Source of the DNA: Candidatus Uhrbacteria bacterium
Lineage (GTDB): Bacteria > Patescibacteriota > Patescibacteriia > JACPHY01
Direction of reading: 5' to 3'
DNA length: 64,000 nt
NCBI GenBank assembly: GCA_016188355.1
Contig: JACPHY010000005.1
Coordinates: 7,389-71,388, forward strand
Positions 30,135 through 39,271 of this stretch are shown piece after piece (the first letter of the stretch is position 1; each line of letters starts with the position of its first letter). The notes beneath the pieces were generated by a model, which had not been told where the DNA came from, searched no databases, and was given only the letters and a program-made list of their open reading frames with translations. A program made the translations under genes and the position numbers.

Positions 30135-31344
30135 TCTCCTCGACGAAGTTCGTTTCGCCGTCACTGCGAACAAAGCACGATCCGGGCTCACCATCCTCGG
30201 CATCGTCATTGGCATTGGCTCCGTCATTGCGCTCGTCGCAGTGGGCGCGGGAGCACAGCGATCCATTGAGGCGAACATTCAATCCATTGGATCAAACCTC
30301 CTCCTCGTACTTCCGGGAGCGCAGCGTCGCGGCGGGTTCAGTGTGAGTACCGGTCGCGGCTCCGCTACCACGCTTACGAGCGCCGATGCCGACGCCATTG
30401 CCCTGACGATCGGTGCCGCACACACCGTCGCACCCGACGCGAGTCGCCGCTATCAAGTCACTGCGCGGGGCACCAACACCAACACCCAAATCGTGGGCAC
30501 CGTTCCCGCATACGCGCGTACCCGAAATATCATCATCCAAGACGGCGCCTTTCTCACCGATGCCCACATCCGCAGTGTCGGACATGTCGCCGTCATCGGA
30601 CCCACGACGCGCGACGACCTCTTTGGGCCCGATGCTCCAGCCCTCGGCCAGCGTATTCGGGTGAACCGAATCGAATTCACGGTAATCGGCGTCACGCAAC
30701 CCAAGGGCGGCACCGGATTCACCAACCAGGATGACGTCATCTACATTCCCCTCCCGACCGCGCAACGATTCCTATCCGGGGATTCCGCCATCTCCACCAT
30801 CAGCATCGCCGCCGCGGATCCCGCATCGATGCCAATGCTCCAGGAAACGGTCACCACGCTCCTCCTCGATCGTCACCACATTCGCGATCCGCAACTCGCC
30901 GATTTCAGCGTCCTCAATCAGGCCGATCTCGTGGCGACCGCCGCCGCCGCAACCTCCACGCTCACCCTCCTCCTGGGTGCAATTGCCGGCATCTCGCTCA
31001 TCGTGGGCGGCATCGGCATTATGAACATGATGCTCACCACCGTTACCGAGCGCACGCGGGAAATTGGTCTTCGGAAGGCGATCGGTGCAACCCGACGCGA
31101 CATCCGCACGCAGTTCCTCCTCGAAGCGATGACGCTCACCATCATCGGCGGCGGCATTGGCATTGCAAGCGGCTGGGGCGCCGCGTCGGCCATCAGCGCA
31201 TTCTCCGGCATCACCACCGCAGTGTCCGGGCAATCCATCGCACTCGCCTTTGGTGTCGCCGCAGCCATCGGCATCTGCTTCGGCTACTACCCCGCATGGC
31301 GTGCCGCACGACTCCATCCCATTGAAGCACTTCGCTACGAGTAA
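30121..31344 (+). CDS. MacB-like ABC permease
   Basis: RS.LTILGIVIGI, GGIGIMNMML..VTERTREIGLRKA and PIEALRYE. Confidence 0.95.
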   Translation: MRILDLLDEVRFAVTANKARSGLTILGIVIGIGSVIALVAVGAGAQRSIEANIQSIGSNLLLVLPGAQRRGGFSVSTGRGSATTLTSADADAIALTIGAAHTVAPDASRRYQVTARGTNTNTQIVGTVPAYARTRNIIIQDGAFLTDAHIRSVGHVAVIGPTTRDDLFGPDAPALGQRIRVNRIEFTVIGVTQPKGGTGFTNQDDVIYIPLPTAQRFLSGDSAISTISIAAADPASMPMLQETVTTLLLDRHHIRDPQLADFSVLNQADLVATAAAATSTLTLLLGAIAGISLIVGGIGIMNMMLTTVTERTREIGLRKAIGATRRDIRTQFLLEAMTLTIIGGGIGIASGWGAASAISAFSGITTAVSGQSIALAFGVAAAIGICFGYYPAWRAARLHPIEALRYE

Positions 31345-31354
31345 TCACCCTCCT

Positions 31355-31810
31355 ATGCGCACTACCTTAATTGCCGTGTTCGTCACCGCAATACTTGCGG
31401 GCGGTGGAGCCTTCTATGGCGGCATGCGATATGAACGCGCGCAGTCACCCGCACCAACGGAACGCGATGCGCGCATGAACAACAACGAATCCGGACGACG
31501 CATGTTTGGCGGCGGATTCGCTGGAGGCGGTAGTCGTGGCAACGGGGGAAATGGGGGCAGCGATGTGGTTGCTGGTGAGATCCTCGTTATGGACGATACC
31601 CATCTCACGGTCAAGCTACGCGATGGTGGATCGCGCATCGTATTTCTTCCCGCCACCACGCCGATCACGAAGACCGCCGCTGGCTCGACCAAGGATCTCA
31701 CGCAGGGCATCACCATCTTCGCGAGCGGTACCGCAAACCCGGACGGCAGCTTCGTGGCGCAATCCATCCAAATCCGCCCCGCCGCTCGTGCGGGCGCACC
31801 AACTCCTTGA
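31355..31810 (+). CDS. DUF5666-like protein with Gly-rich linker
   Basis: GGAFYGGMRY TM, GEI...D...TVKL.DGGS.IV and G.AN.DGS..AQSIQI. Confidence 0.75.
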   Translation: MRTTLIAVFVTAILAGGGAFYGGMRYERAQSPAPTERDARMNNNESGRRMFGGGFAGGGSRGNGGNGGSDVVAGEILVMDDTHLTVKLRDGGSRIVFLPATTPITKTAAGSTKDLTQGITIFASGTANPDGSFVAQSIQIRPAARAGAPTP

Positions 31811-31835
31811 CGCTGCGGCGTTGCCGACGTATGGT
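31807..31835 (+). promoter_or_regulatory. Sigma70-type promoter
   Basis: TTGACG-N17-TATGGT. Confidence 0.5.
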
Positions 31836-31885
31836 GCTCCTGCGCTGTGCATATGGACCGTCACATCAGCGCAGAAGGACTCGTC

Positions 31886-32155
31886 ATGGGCATATCGCGT
31901 CGCGTCGTGCGGCTCGGCCGCATCCGAACGCAAACCAGAGCTGCGGCGTCGCTCACTGCCGATGCAGTGCGCGTGGGAGGGGGCACCGCCATCACCGCCG
32001 GACCGCAACGTGTGCTCGCACGGCTGCCGGACCAAACCCCCATCGCGATCACCATCTCTCCTCCGATCGATGCGGTCGCCGAGGCGCGCAATCGATATCT
32101 CGAGCGAGGCGATCCCGTTCCCGCATACCTCCTCGAGGAACCCGATGACCCATGA
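31886..32155 (+). CDS. Hypothetical protein (89 aa)
   Basis: GAAGGA SD and upstream promoter. Confidence 0.5.
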   Translation: MGISRRVVRLGRIRTQTRAAASLTADAVRVGGGTAITAGPQRVLARLPDQTPIAITISPPIDAVAEARNRYLERGDPVPAYLLEEPDDP

Positions 32156-32172
32156 CACCGCGAAGCAGGCCA

Positions 32173-33420
32173 TCATCCAATGGCCTGCTGTACTTTTTGC
32201 ACGAGCTCCGGAGTGGGATGCTCGAAATGCGCGACTGTTTCCAGAATGTCGCGCGCGACAGCGCAGAACCGCTTCTGGAGATCGAGCATGCGCGTCACAT
32301 CAGGACGATCATCCATCGAGAGCACCCCAAACCGACGAAGCGTGGTGACATCCGTGTGACGTTCAAGATACTGCACGGAAAGACGCTTTCCTTTTTCACT
32401 GCTCCTCCCGATCTGCGCTGCCGGCGTGAGCGCGAGCATCGCATCCCGATTGGATTCCGGAAGACTACACGCAATCGCCGCCACAATTTTTTTACGGAGC
32501 ACCGGAAGCCGACGACGGAATTCCGTCAGATGTGCATTACGCTCAGCACGGAACGCATCATGGAGATCGCCGAACGGTACCACCACAAGCACCGCCGAAG
32601 CATCCCGCGCCCGCTCTTGGCCACTTGCGATCACCGCATCATTATATTCCGTACGGTAGGCATCTTCGGACAAGCTCTTGATATTGAGCCGGAAGAGCGT
32701 GTCCCCAGTCACAAGATGCGCATCCACACCAAACGCCATGTCATCTCGCGGCAAGCTATGTGCAATATCAATGCAGTGGTCACGCTGCTGGAGACGTGCC
32801 AACCGCCGAATGAGCCAGATGAGTTGATATTCTGCGCGCCTCCCACCTTCCGTGATGTCGGCAATGGCATCCGCCAATCGACGCTCCACCTCCTCCTGCG
32901 CCGCAGTACGTATCTCCGCCACCGGTTCACGCGTGGCACGGCGCGCAAGAATATCAAACGCGAGGAGTCGCGCATCCATGGAGGAAACTCGCTGACCCGT
33001 CCACCGCTCACGATCTGCACGATCATATCCCTCTAGCGCCGCTCGCTCCGCCTCTGCAAGCGCTGTTGCTTTTCCAAATGACGCAACTGCCGCCCGAAAA
33101 ACATCCGACGTCAACTGCAACACGGTGCGCCCCGCTGCGGTCTCGGATCGCGCGAGATCACGGCGAAATGCTGCCAACAATCCATTCGCGTCCTCATGTG
33201 CACGCACCGCCTCAAAAAAATCTGCAGGACCTGGCGACTTCCCCTGCGCACGCGCAAGCGATCGGAGATCTTCCGCACGACGATGCAGGTCTGCGGATCG
33301 CATGGACGAATACAAGCAATCTCGCTCAAACCCGTCAACGACCGACTCGTATGTTTCCCGATCGCGACCCCCCTCGACCGACCGCACGCCCCCGCGTTCA
33401 GAAAATCCCATAAAAATCAT
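32173..33420 (-). CDS. Hypothetical protein, possible PD-(D/E)XK-like domain
   Basis: 415-aa ORF; central RAE...DD.AFGVDAHL...RLNIKS pattern. Confidence 0.6.
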   Translation of the reverse strand: MIFMGFSERGGVRSVEGGRDRETYESVVDGFERDCLYSSMRSADLHRRAEDLRSLARAQGKSPGPADFFEAVRAHEDANGLLAAFRRDLARSETAAGRTVLQLTSDVFRAAVASFGKATALAEAERAALEGYDRADRERWTGQRVSSMDARLLAFDILARRATREPVAEIRTAAQEEVERRLADAIADITEGGRRAEYQLIWLIRRLARLQQRDHCIDIAHSLPRDDMAFGVDAHLVTGDTLFRLNIKSLSEDAYRTEYNDAVIASGQERARDASAVLVVVPFGDLHDAFRAERNAHLTEFRRRLPVLRKKIVAAIACSLPESNRDAMLALTPAAQIGRSSEKGKRLSVQYLERHTDVTTLRRFGVLSMDDRPDVTRMLDLQKRFCAVARDILETVAHFEHPTPELVQKVQQAIG

Positions 33421-33529
33421 GGATCACCCATTATATCTGCCATCGTACACGCACCAACACTCACAGAGAAGCCAAAAAAACAGGCGCTCGTGGAACCCCG
33501 CGATGCGAGCATGTTTGTGGAACTGCCCC

Positions 33530-33558
33530 TTGACGCCTACGCGCCATTCTGCTACGAC
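33530..33558 (+). promoter_or_regulatory. Sigma70-type promoter (leaderless-type spacing)
   Basis: TTGACG-N17-TACGAC with extended TG, 6 nt before the ATG at 33565. Confidence 0.45.
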
Positions 33559-33564
33559 AGAGCC

Positions 33565-34086
33565 ATGTCACCATGCACCTTCACACGGGATCCGAACGGC
33601 CAGATCGTTCAACTCGAACAATTTCTCATCCTCTCCCCCGGACGAGAGAACGGCATGGACATGATGTTCGGCGGCGAGGTCCTCAAAGCAATCGATGAAA
33701 TTTCCGGAAGCCTCGCCACGCTCTTCATTGCCCGCGAAGGACTCCGTGCCGTGCATGTCGGCGAGGAGGTGTTCTTCCACAAGCCCATCCGCAGCGGCGA
33801 ATGCGCACACGTGGTCGCACGCGTGGCCCTGAGCACGGATAAAATCGTCTGCGCGCACGTGGTGGTGCGCGGCGGCAATCCCGAAACACCCGACGCCTTC
33901 GACCTCCGCTACGAAGGATTCGGGCTCTGCGCCGTCATCGACCGTACACGCACGCTCGTACGTGACCTCACGCCATACACGAGCACCGATGCACGGCTCG
34001 TGGCCATCGCGCAACGCGTGGTCGAATTCCAGCGCAACACGCGCCGCGCGCTCCTCGAGTACGCGACGACACCCGCAACCACCTAG
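33565..34086 (+). CDS. Hotdog-fold acyl-CoA thioesterase
   Basis: N...MFGGEVLK.IDE and F.KPI.SGE...V.ARV motifs. Confidence 0.8.
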   Translation: MSPCTFTRDPNGQIVQLEQFLILSPGRENGMDMMFGGEVLKAIDEISGSLATLFIAREGLRAVHVGEEVFFHKPIRSGECAHVVARVALSTDKIVCAHVVVRGGNPETPDAFDLRYEGFGLCAVIDRTRTLVRDLTPYTSTDARLVAIAQRVVEFQRNTRRALLEYATTPATT

Positions 34087-34094
34087 CCCCCAGC

Positions 34095-34128
34095 ACACCC
34101 ACCCCACCCGGGGTGGGTGTCTCTTTTT
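34095..34128 (+). terminator. Intrinsic terminator
   Basis: ACACCCACCCC/GGGGTGGGTGT followed by CTCTTTTT. Confidence 0.8.
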
Positions 34129-34228
34129 GCATCGCCGCTCCATGGAACTCGCGACACCGCAACCAGCACATTGCTTGACGTACCCCGAGGACCATGATTC
34201 ACTCATGCGGGGGAAAGGAGGGCTGCCG

Positions 34229-34636
34229 GTGCACGTCCCATCGCATCATGCCTGTGCGCGATTGGCATGGAATGACGAACTCCGTGCCTACCTCGAACAA
34301 CGCTGCGCTCCCGAACGGCTCACGAACGAACGTGTGCGCGTTCGCACCCTACTCCGTACACACAACGCGCGCAGACTCTTTGAAGCGGAATGGATGGTCT
34401 GGCTCAACTACTTTCGCTGGTGCGTCGATCAGCCGAGCATGTTCCTCTACGACCCGCTCTGCATTGATCGATCGGCCATCGACATCCACGCAACCCTCGC
34501 CTGCGCCGAGCCGGGGAAATGGCCGCAGCTGCAGGCCATCGCCGACGGCATCGTCGCCATCGCCAATACCACGCGACCGCTCCGCATTGCCATGGGCATG
34601 GCGCCACAACCGGAGGTCCCCATTGCAACCGCCTGA
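34229..34636 (+). CDS. Hypothetical protein
   Basis: AAAGGAGG SD + GTG; followed by a terminator. Confidence 0.6.
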   Translation: MHVPSHHACARLAWNDELRAYLEQRCAPERLTNERVRVRTLLRTHNARRLFEAEWMVWLNYFRWCVDQPSMFLYDPLCIDRSAIDIHATLACAEPGKWPQLQAIADGIVAIANTTRPLRIAMGMAPQPEVPIATA

Positions 34637-34649
34637 ACTCGCACGCCGA

Positions 34650-34683
34650 CGCCCTTGCGCATGATGCGCAAGGGCGCTTTTCT
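34650..34683 (+). terminator. Intrinsic terminator between convergent genes
   Basis: CGCCCTTGCGCAT/ATGCGCAAGGGCG followed by CTTTTCT. Confidence 0.7.
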
Positions 34684-34696
34684 GCGTCTCTCAAAT

Positions 34697-35536
34697 TCAG
34701 GGAATCCGGCGGAGGCGCTCATCAATCTTCACCTGCATCGCCACGAACCAATCTCCCCGATGCTCGAGATAATCGACATTGGGACGTTGCGGCTGCGCAC
34801 GCAATGCATCGCGCGTCTTCCCGAGGAGTGTGATCCAGGACTGCCGCAGCACCCACGCACGGCGGCCATCTTCATCCTGGGGAATCTGATCGGGGTCGAC
34901 GGGTGCATCAAAGTCGATGAAATACGCTGCGTTCCCCTGCCGCGGATGTTCCAGTACCACAAAATTATGGAACACGATCACATGGTACCCATGGAATCCT
35001 TCGTGCTCCCGATTCACAAAACCAAACAGCGCGCCTTCTTGTTGTTCTAAAAATTCCAAACGGTGCGGATCCACTGCCGGCGGTGTCCGTGGATTCCCCG
35101 GCATCGCCCCTCCTGCAGGATCCGGCCGCTCCCCCGGAGGGAGGAGATCCAGTCCCACATGAATCCAAAAATGGAGCTTCAGCCGCTCGAATCCGTTGTA
35201 CACGACACGCAGCACGTCTTCTTTTCGGACGCCGTGCGGAAAATCTCGCGGCAGCGTCCCCATGAATACCCCATCGTCGCGGAGCGTGAGCGTTTCATGC
35301 CGCTCCCGTCCCCCAACCGCGTAGTAGGGAATGATCTGCAGCGCGCGTGTCGTCGCACGATGCTCGCCCATAGGGAGCACGGTAATCGAAGTCACTTCGG
35401 GCAGGTCACCCGGGAAGCTCACCGGGGCGACGAGCGGTAACTTTCCCCGAAGCACGCGATCGAATTGTTCTGCGAGCCGCTGTTGCTCCGTCTGTTCCGG
35501 CACCGTACCTAGCACCCGCTGTTCCAGTGATGGCAT
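34697..35536 (-). CDS. Hypothetical protein
   Basis: Long ORF with GY.V.VF..FVVLE.P..GNA.Y and H.G.W motifs; start codon uncertain. Confidence 0.65.
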   Translation of the reverse strand: MPSLEQRVLGTVPEQTEQQRLAEQFDRVLRGKLPLVAPVSFPGDLPEVTSITVLPMGEHRATTRALQIIPYYAVGGRERHETLTLRDDGVFMGTLPRDFPHGVRKEDVLRVVYNGFERLKLHFWIHVGLDLLPPGERPDPAGGAMPGNPRTPPAVDPHRLEFLEQQEGALFGFVNREHEGFHGYHVIVFHNFVVLEHPRQGNAAYFIDFDAPVDPDQIPQDEDGRRAWVLRQSWITLLGKTRDALRAQPQRPNVDYLEHRGDWFVAMQVKIDERLRRIP

Positions 35537-35626
35537 ACCAATGTGCATTATTCGTGCGCATGCTTGCATTATGCCCCAGCAAACAACCTCATGAAGACTG
35601 CCGTCGCCTCCACGAAGCACCCATCC

Positions 35627-36409
35627 TCAACGCTCTTTCGCCGCGCTCCACAACCCTTCGAACATCCGCACGAAATTTTCTGCGAGGTGCGCATTGACCA
35701 TCTTAATGCCGATGAGGTTGCCTGCTTCGAATGAGAGAATCGCGGTCGTGTCTCCTAAGATGTAGAGCGCGAATTTCTCGACTGCAGATCCCTCACGCAA
35801 GTAGCGAAACTCCAAACCGTCACGCGTTGCGTAAAACGGTGCTTTACTGCGCTCAACGGACGAGGGATTCACGAGCATTCTCGTGCGCACGTCTTTTTCC
35901 GTTTTCCAACGACGTACTCGATCCTGCCATTCCTCTTCCCATGAGAACGACCACACCTCCTCCCAAATGAACTCATCACGGAGCACGTACATGATGGCGC
36001 CCGGACGTGCATCGCGGAGCATGGAGAGATAAATGCGCTTCAATCCCTCCACGCCCTCGAAGAACATCACCTGCGGTACATGGAGATCCTCGCGCCGCGT
36101 CGCCGCGAGATGCTGCACGAGGTCGCCGATGACGCGCTCCTTCCGCTCCAATTCCCGCCGCTCGGCGCGGATGTACTGCTCGAGCGCCTCTGGACCGGTG
36201 GCCACGAACTGCTTCACGTCGTTGCGGAAGGTCGTCGAGACCAATCCCTTCGCGGTGAGCGCCGCGAGCACCGTGTAGACCGAGGACCGTGAGAGTCCGA
36301 GCTTCTTCGCAATGAACGACGCCCCCACAGGTGCATGCTCGTAGAGGATCGCGAGTATTTTCGCTCCCTGTTCGCTTAATCCAAACGATTGGAGTTGCTG
36401 CTCGATCAT
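35627..36409 (-). CDS. TrmB-family transcriptional regulator
   Basis: L..FGLS..., HTH IAKKLGLSRSSVY.VL..L..KGLV, P.V.FFEG.EGL; C-terminal effector domain. Confidence 0.9.
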   Translation of the reverse strand: MIEQQLQSFGLSEQGAKILAILYEHAPVGASFIAKKLGLSRSSVYTVLAALTAKGLVSTTFRNDVKQFVATGPEALEQYIRAERRELERKERVIGDLVQHLAATRREDLHVPQVMFFEGVEGLKRIYLSMLRDARPGAIMYVLRDEFIWEEVWSFSWEEEWQDRVRRWKTEKDVRTRMLVNPSSVERSKAPFYATRDGLEFRYLREGSAVEKFALYILGDTTAILSFEAGNLIGIKMVNAHLAENFVRMFEGLWSAAKER

Positions 36410-36521
36410 AATCGGTGACGGGTGCGGGAGAGGCCGCTTTATGGGGCGAGATCCTTCGTCGGGGACTCCTCAGGATGGCGAAAAAATGAGAGCATGCACA
36501 GATTTCTTCCCTGTTGTCGTA

Positions 36522-36563
36522 ACTGTACGACACATTGTACACAAAAGGCAAGCACCATACGAT
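36522..36563. promoter_or_regulatory. Overlapping divergent promoters (TrmB gene / coaB-like operon)
   Basis: Minus strand TTGCCT-N18-TACAGT; plus strand TTGTAC-N17-TACGAT; palindrome TGTCGTA-N4-TACGACA at 36515-36532. Confidence 0.5.
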
Positions 36564-36597
36564 CGAGACAGCACGTTCCCAATCGAAAGGAGATAAC

Positions 36598-37332
36598 ATG
36601 CTCCGCATCCTCGTCACGGCGGGATCCACGGAAGTTCCCATCGATCGCGTACGCGCGATCACCAATATCTTCAAGGGGCGCACTGGGACGGAAATCGCGC
36701 TCGCCCTCGCAGATGCCTCACGCGAGACCGAAGTCACGCTCCTCACCTCGAACAAACCACTCGCGATCACCACCATCCCACTGCCGAGCAACTTCGATGC
36801 GAGGAGCTGGGAACGATATACCAACCTTCACGTCGAAGCGTACCGCACGTTCGATGAGTTGGCTGAGCGCCTGGAATGTGAGGTGACGCGCGGGGCATAC
36901 GACATCATCATCCACTCCGCCGCGGTGAGCGATTACCGCGTCGCTGCAGTGCACAAGAGAAATGCGCGCGGGGAGCTCGTGCCCGTTACTACCGCGGGCA
37001 AAATGAGCTCGCAGCACGAGCAGCTGTTCCTCGAGCTTGCGCAAACCCCGAAACTCGTCGAACGCATGCGTCGCGCGTGGAGATTCACCGGCATGCTCGT
37101 CCAGTTCAAACTCGAAGTCGGCTGTACCGACGACGAACTCCTCGCCCGAGCGCGTACCGCACTCGAACGATCTAATGGCGACCTCGTGGTCGCAAACTGT
37201 CTCGAATGGGCGCGCGACGCGGCATATCTCGTCGAGCGCAATGGCACGAGCACGCGCATTCCTCGATCCGAACTTGCGCGAACGCTCGTGGATCGATGCG
37301 GCGCGTATTCCCGAACGAAGCGCTCGCGCTGA
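36598..37332 (+). CDS. coaB: Phosphopantothenate-cysteine ligase-like (CoaB domain)
   Basis: LVTAGST..PID.VR.ITN..G.TG, HSAAVSDY, TPKL, FKLE and VVAN motifs. Confidence 0.85.
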   Translation: MLRILVTAGSTEVPIDRVRAITNIFKGRTGTEIALALADASRETEVTLLTSNKPLAITTIPLPSNFDARSWERYTNLHVEAYRTFDELAERLECEVTRGAYDIIIHSAAVSDYRVAAVHKRNARGELVPVTTAGKMSSQHEQLFLELAQTPKLVERMRRAWRFTGMLVQFKLEVGCTDDELLARARTALERSNGDLVVANCLEWARDAAYLVERNGTSTRIPRSELARTLVDRCGAYSRTKRSR

Positions 37333-37351
37333 GCGGCCAACGGAGGACATC

Positions 37352-38293
37352 ATGCATCGATACGGACTCCTCATCACGTCGTGCACCCATACCTGCACGG
37401 CGTGCGGGCGGACCTGGGAAGGTCGCTACGGACTCGAACTCAAGAACGACATTCCCACGCTCCCCGCCTGGGCACCACAGGACAGCTCCTGCATTGCCTG
37501 CGGACACACACCGGTGACCATCGCACTGCCCAATCCATTCCCACCGCTCAGTGATATCGCGGCAGAAACGCAAACACCGCAATCCGAACGCGCTGCACAC
37601 ATCGTGCTCGGCGTGACCGGGAGCGTGGCAGCGAAACGCACCCCACCGCTCGCACTGGAGCTGAGCAGATCCATCGGACGAGTCGATATCGTCGCCTCTG
37701 CGCGATCATTCACCTTCTGGGATCCACACACGCTCTCGACGGAACGACAGGCACAAAATCACGGCTACTCCTACCGCGTCTGGCGCGATGAGGATGAATG
37801 GGGCACCGGCCAGTACGAACGCGGTGCCATGATCCCACACATCACACTCCGCGAGTGGGGCGACGTCCTCTGCGTCGCGCCGTGCACCGCGAATACACTC
37901 GCGAAGATGGCGGCGGGCATCTGCGACACCCTGCTCACGAGCATCGTACGCGCGTGGCGACGGGATCGCCCGCTCGTCATCGCGCCCGCAATGAACACAC
38001 AGATGTGGGAGCATCCCGCCACCGCGGAGCACCTCGCGACGCTCCGGCGTTGGTACCCGAAATGCACGGTCGTGGATCCCGTCGTCAAGACACTCGCATG
38101 CGGCGAACACGGCGTCGGCGCCATGGCAGACATCGAAGACATCCGCTACCACGTGGCCGCTGCGCTGGATTGCGATCGGACGCGTGATCGCGACGCGGCA
38201 GCGTGCCTCGACGATTGGCATCGTCGGGTCCGCGATCGCGCATGCGATCTGCGAGCAGACGATGACGAATGGGCCGAACACGGCGGATGCTAG
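37352..38293 (+). CDS. coaC: PPC decarboxylase-like HFCD flavoprotein (CoaC) with N-terminal Zn ribbon
   Basis: LGVTGSVAA, HI.L, APCTANTLAK...GICD.LL, PAMNTQMW and LACGE.GVG; N-terminal CTAC...CIAC. Confidence 0.85.
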   Translation: MHRYGLLITSCTHTCTACGRTWEGRYGLELKNDIPTLPAWAPQDSSCIACGHTPVTIALPNPFPPLSDIAAETQTPQSERAAHIVLGVTGSVAAKRTPPLALELSRSIGRVDIVASARSFTFWDPHTLSTERQAQNHGYSYRVWRDEDEWGTGQYERGAMIPHITLREWGDVLCVAPCTANTLAKMAAGICDTLLTSIVRAWRRDRPLVIAPAMNTQMWEHPATAEHLATLRRWYPKCTVVDPVVKTLACGEHGVGAMADIEDIRYHVAAALDCDRTRDRDAAACLDDWHRRVRDRACDLRADDDEWAEHGGC

Positions 38294-38323
38294 CACCTGT
38301 AACGAGACAAGGGAGGAGCACCC

Positions 38324-39253
38324 ATGCAGACGACCACGAAACGTTGGGAGGATGGCGGTTGCCTTCCCCTTCCCCTCGCGAGCATCTGGATCACCGGAGC
38401 CTGCCCGCTCCGCTGCCGCCACTGCTATGAAGCGAACAATCCATTTCGCGGACATCTCCCCACATCGGACGTGCTCCGCACGATGGATCGCCTCGCACCG
38501 TACGTGCAATCCATTTCGTTCATGGGCGGAGAACCGACGATCCATCCGGACATCGCGACCCTCTGCGCGCATGCCCACACGCTCGGGAAGTACACGCTCC
38601 TCGTCACGAGCGGCGTCCATCTCCCCGAACGCACGATCGCCACGCTCTGCGCGCACATCGATTGCGTGAAGATCGGCATGGATGGCGTGACGCCGGAGAC
38701 ACACGACGCAGTCCGTGGCGCGGGCAGCTTCGCGAAAGCGATGCAGACGTGGGCAGCGCTCCCCGCACTCGTCCCGACCATGTGCAAATTCACGGTGAAC
38801 GCGCAGAATGTGCACGAGCTGCCGCAGGTGGTTCCGTTCTATCGCGCACTCGGCGCCAAACGCGTCGTCCTCAATGGATGGCTCCCCATCGGCACCGGCG
38901 CCGAACCCTGGAACCGCACGTTCGCACTCACCGCTGAGCACGTGGCCACCGTGAATCGCTTCGTGCACGAGCACCTGAAACCGCGGTACCACGAATTTCC
39001 GGTCTCTCGGTCCTGCTCGCTCGATGCGGGATGTCGCGATCGCCCCGCGCGCATGTATTACGTCACCCGGACTGGCGCGGTCGCGCCCTGCATCTTCAGT
39101 GCGGCACATGCGATCGGCGACATCCGCGATCCCGCGACGGACGTTGCGGCGCTGCTCCAGGAATTGGATACCCACCGTATCGGCTGTCGCGCGTTGATTG
39201 CAGCGCGCCGCCATCACCCCGCATCACGCCTCACCATCGCCTGCGCACTCTGA
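38324..39253 (+). CDS. Radical SAM protein with SPASM/Twitch-like C-terminus
   Basis: CPLRCRHC, GGEP, DG...THD.VRG and C-terminal C..GC...G.V.PC...IG.I. Confidence 0.9.
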   Translation: MQTTTKRWEDGGCLPLPLASIWITGACPLRCRHCYEANNPFRGHLPTSDVLRTMDRLAPYVQSISFMGGEPTIHPDIATLCAHAHTLGKYTLLVTSGVHLPERTIATLCAHIDCVKIGMDGVTPETHDAVRGAGSFAKAMQTWAALPALVPTMCKFTVNAQNVHELPQVVPFYRALGAKRVVLNGWLPIGTGAEPWNRTFALTAEHVATVNRFVHEHLKPRYHEFPVSRSCSLDAGCRDRPARMYYVTRTGAVAPCIFSAAHAIGDIRDPATDVAALLQELDTHRIGCRALIAARRHHPASRLTIACAL

Positions 39254-39271
39254 TGCGCGAAAGGAAACATC

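Noticed and set aside
36598-39253. RiPP cluster (LanD-like decarboxylase plus SPASM enzyme)
   Set aside because: No precursor peptide ending in Cys was found nearby, and the adjacent CoaB-like ligase favours pantothenate-type chemistry.
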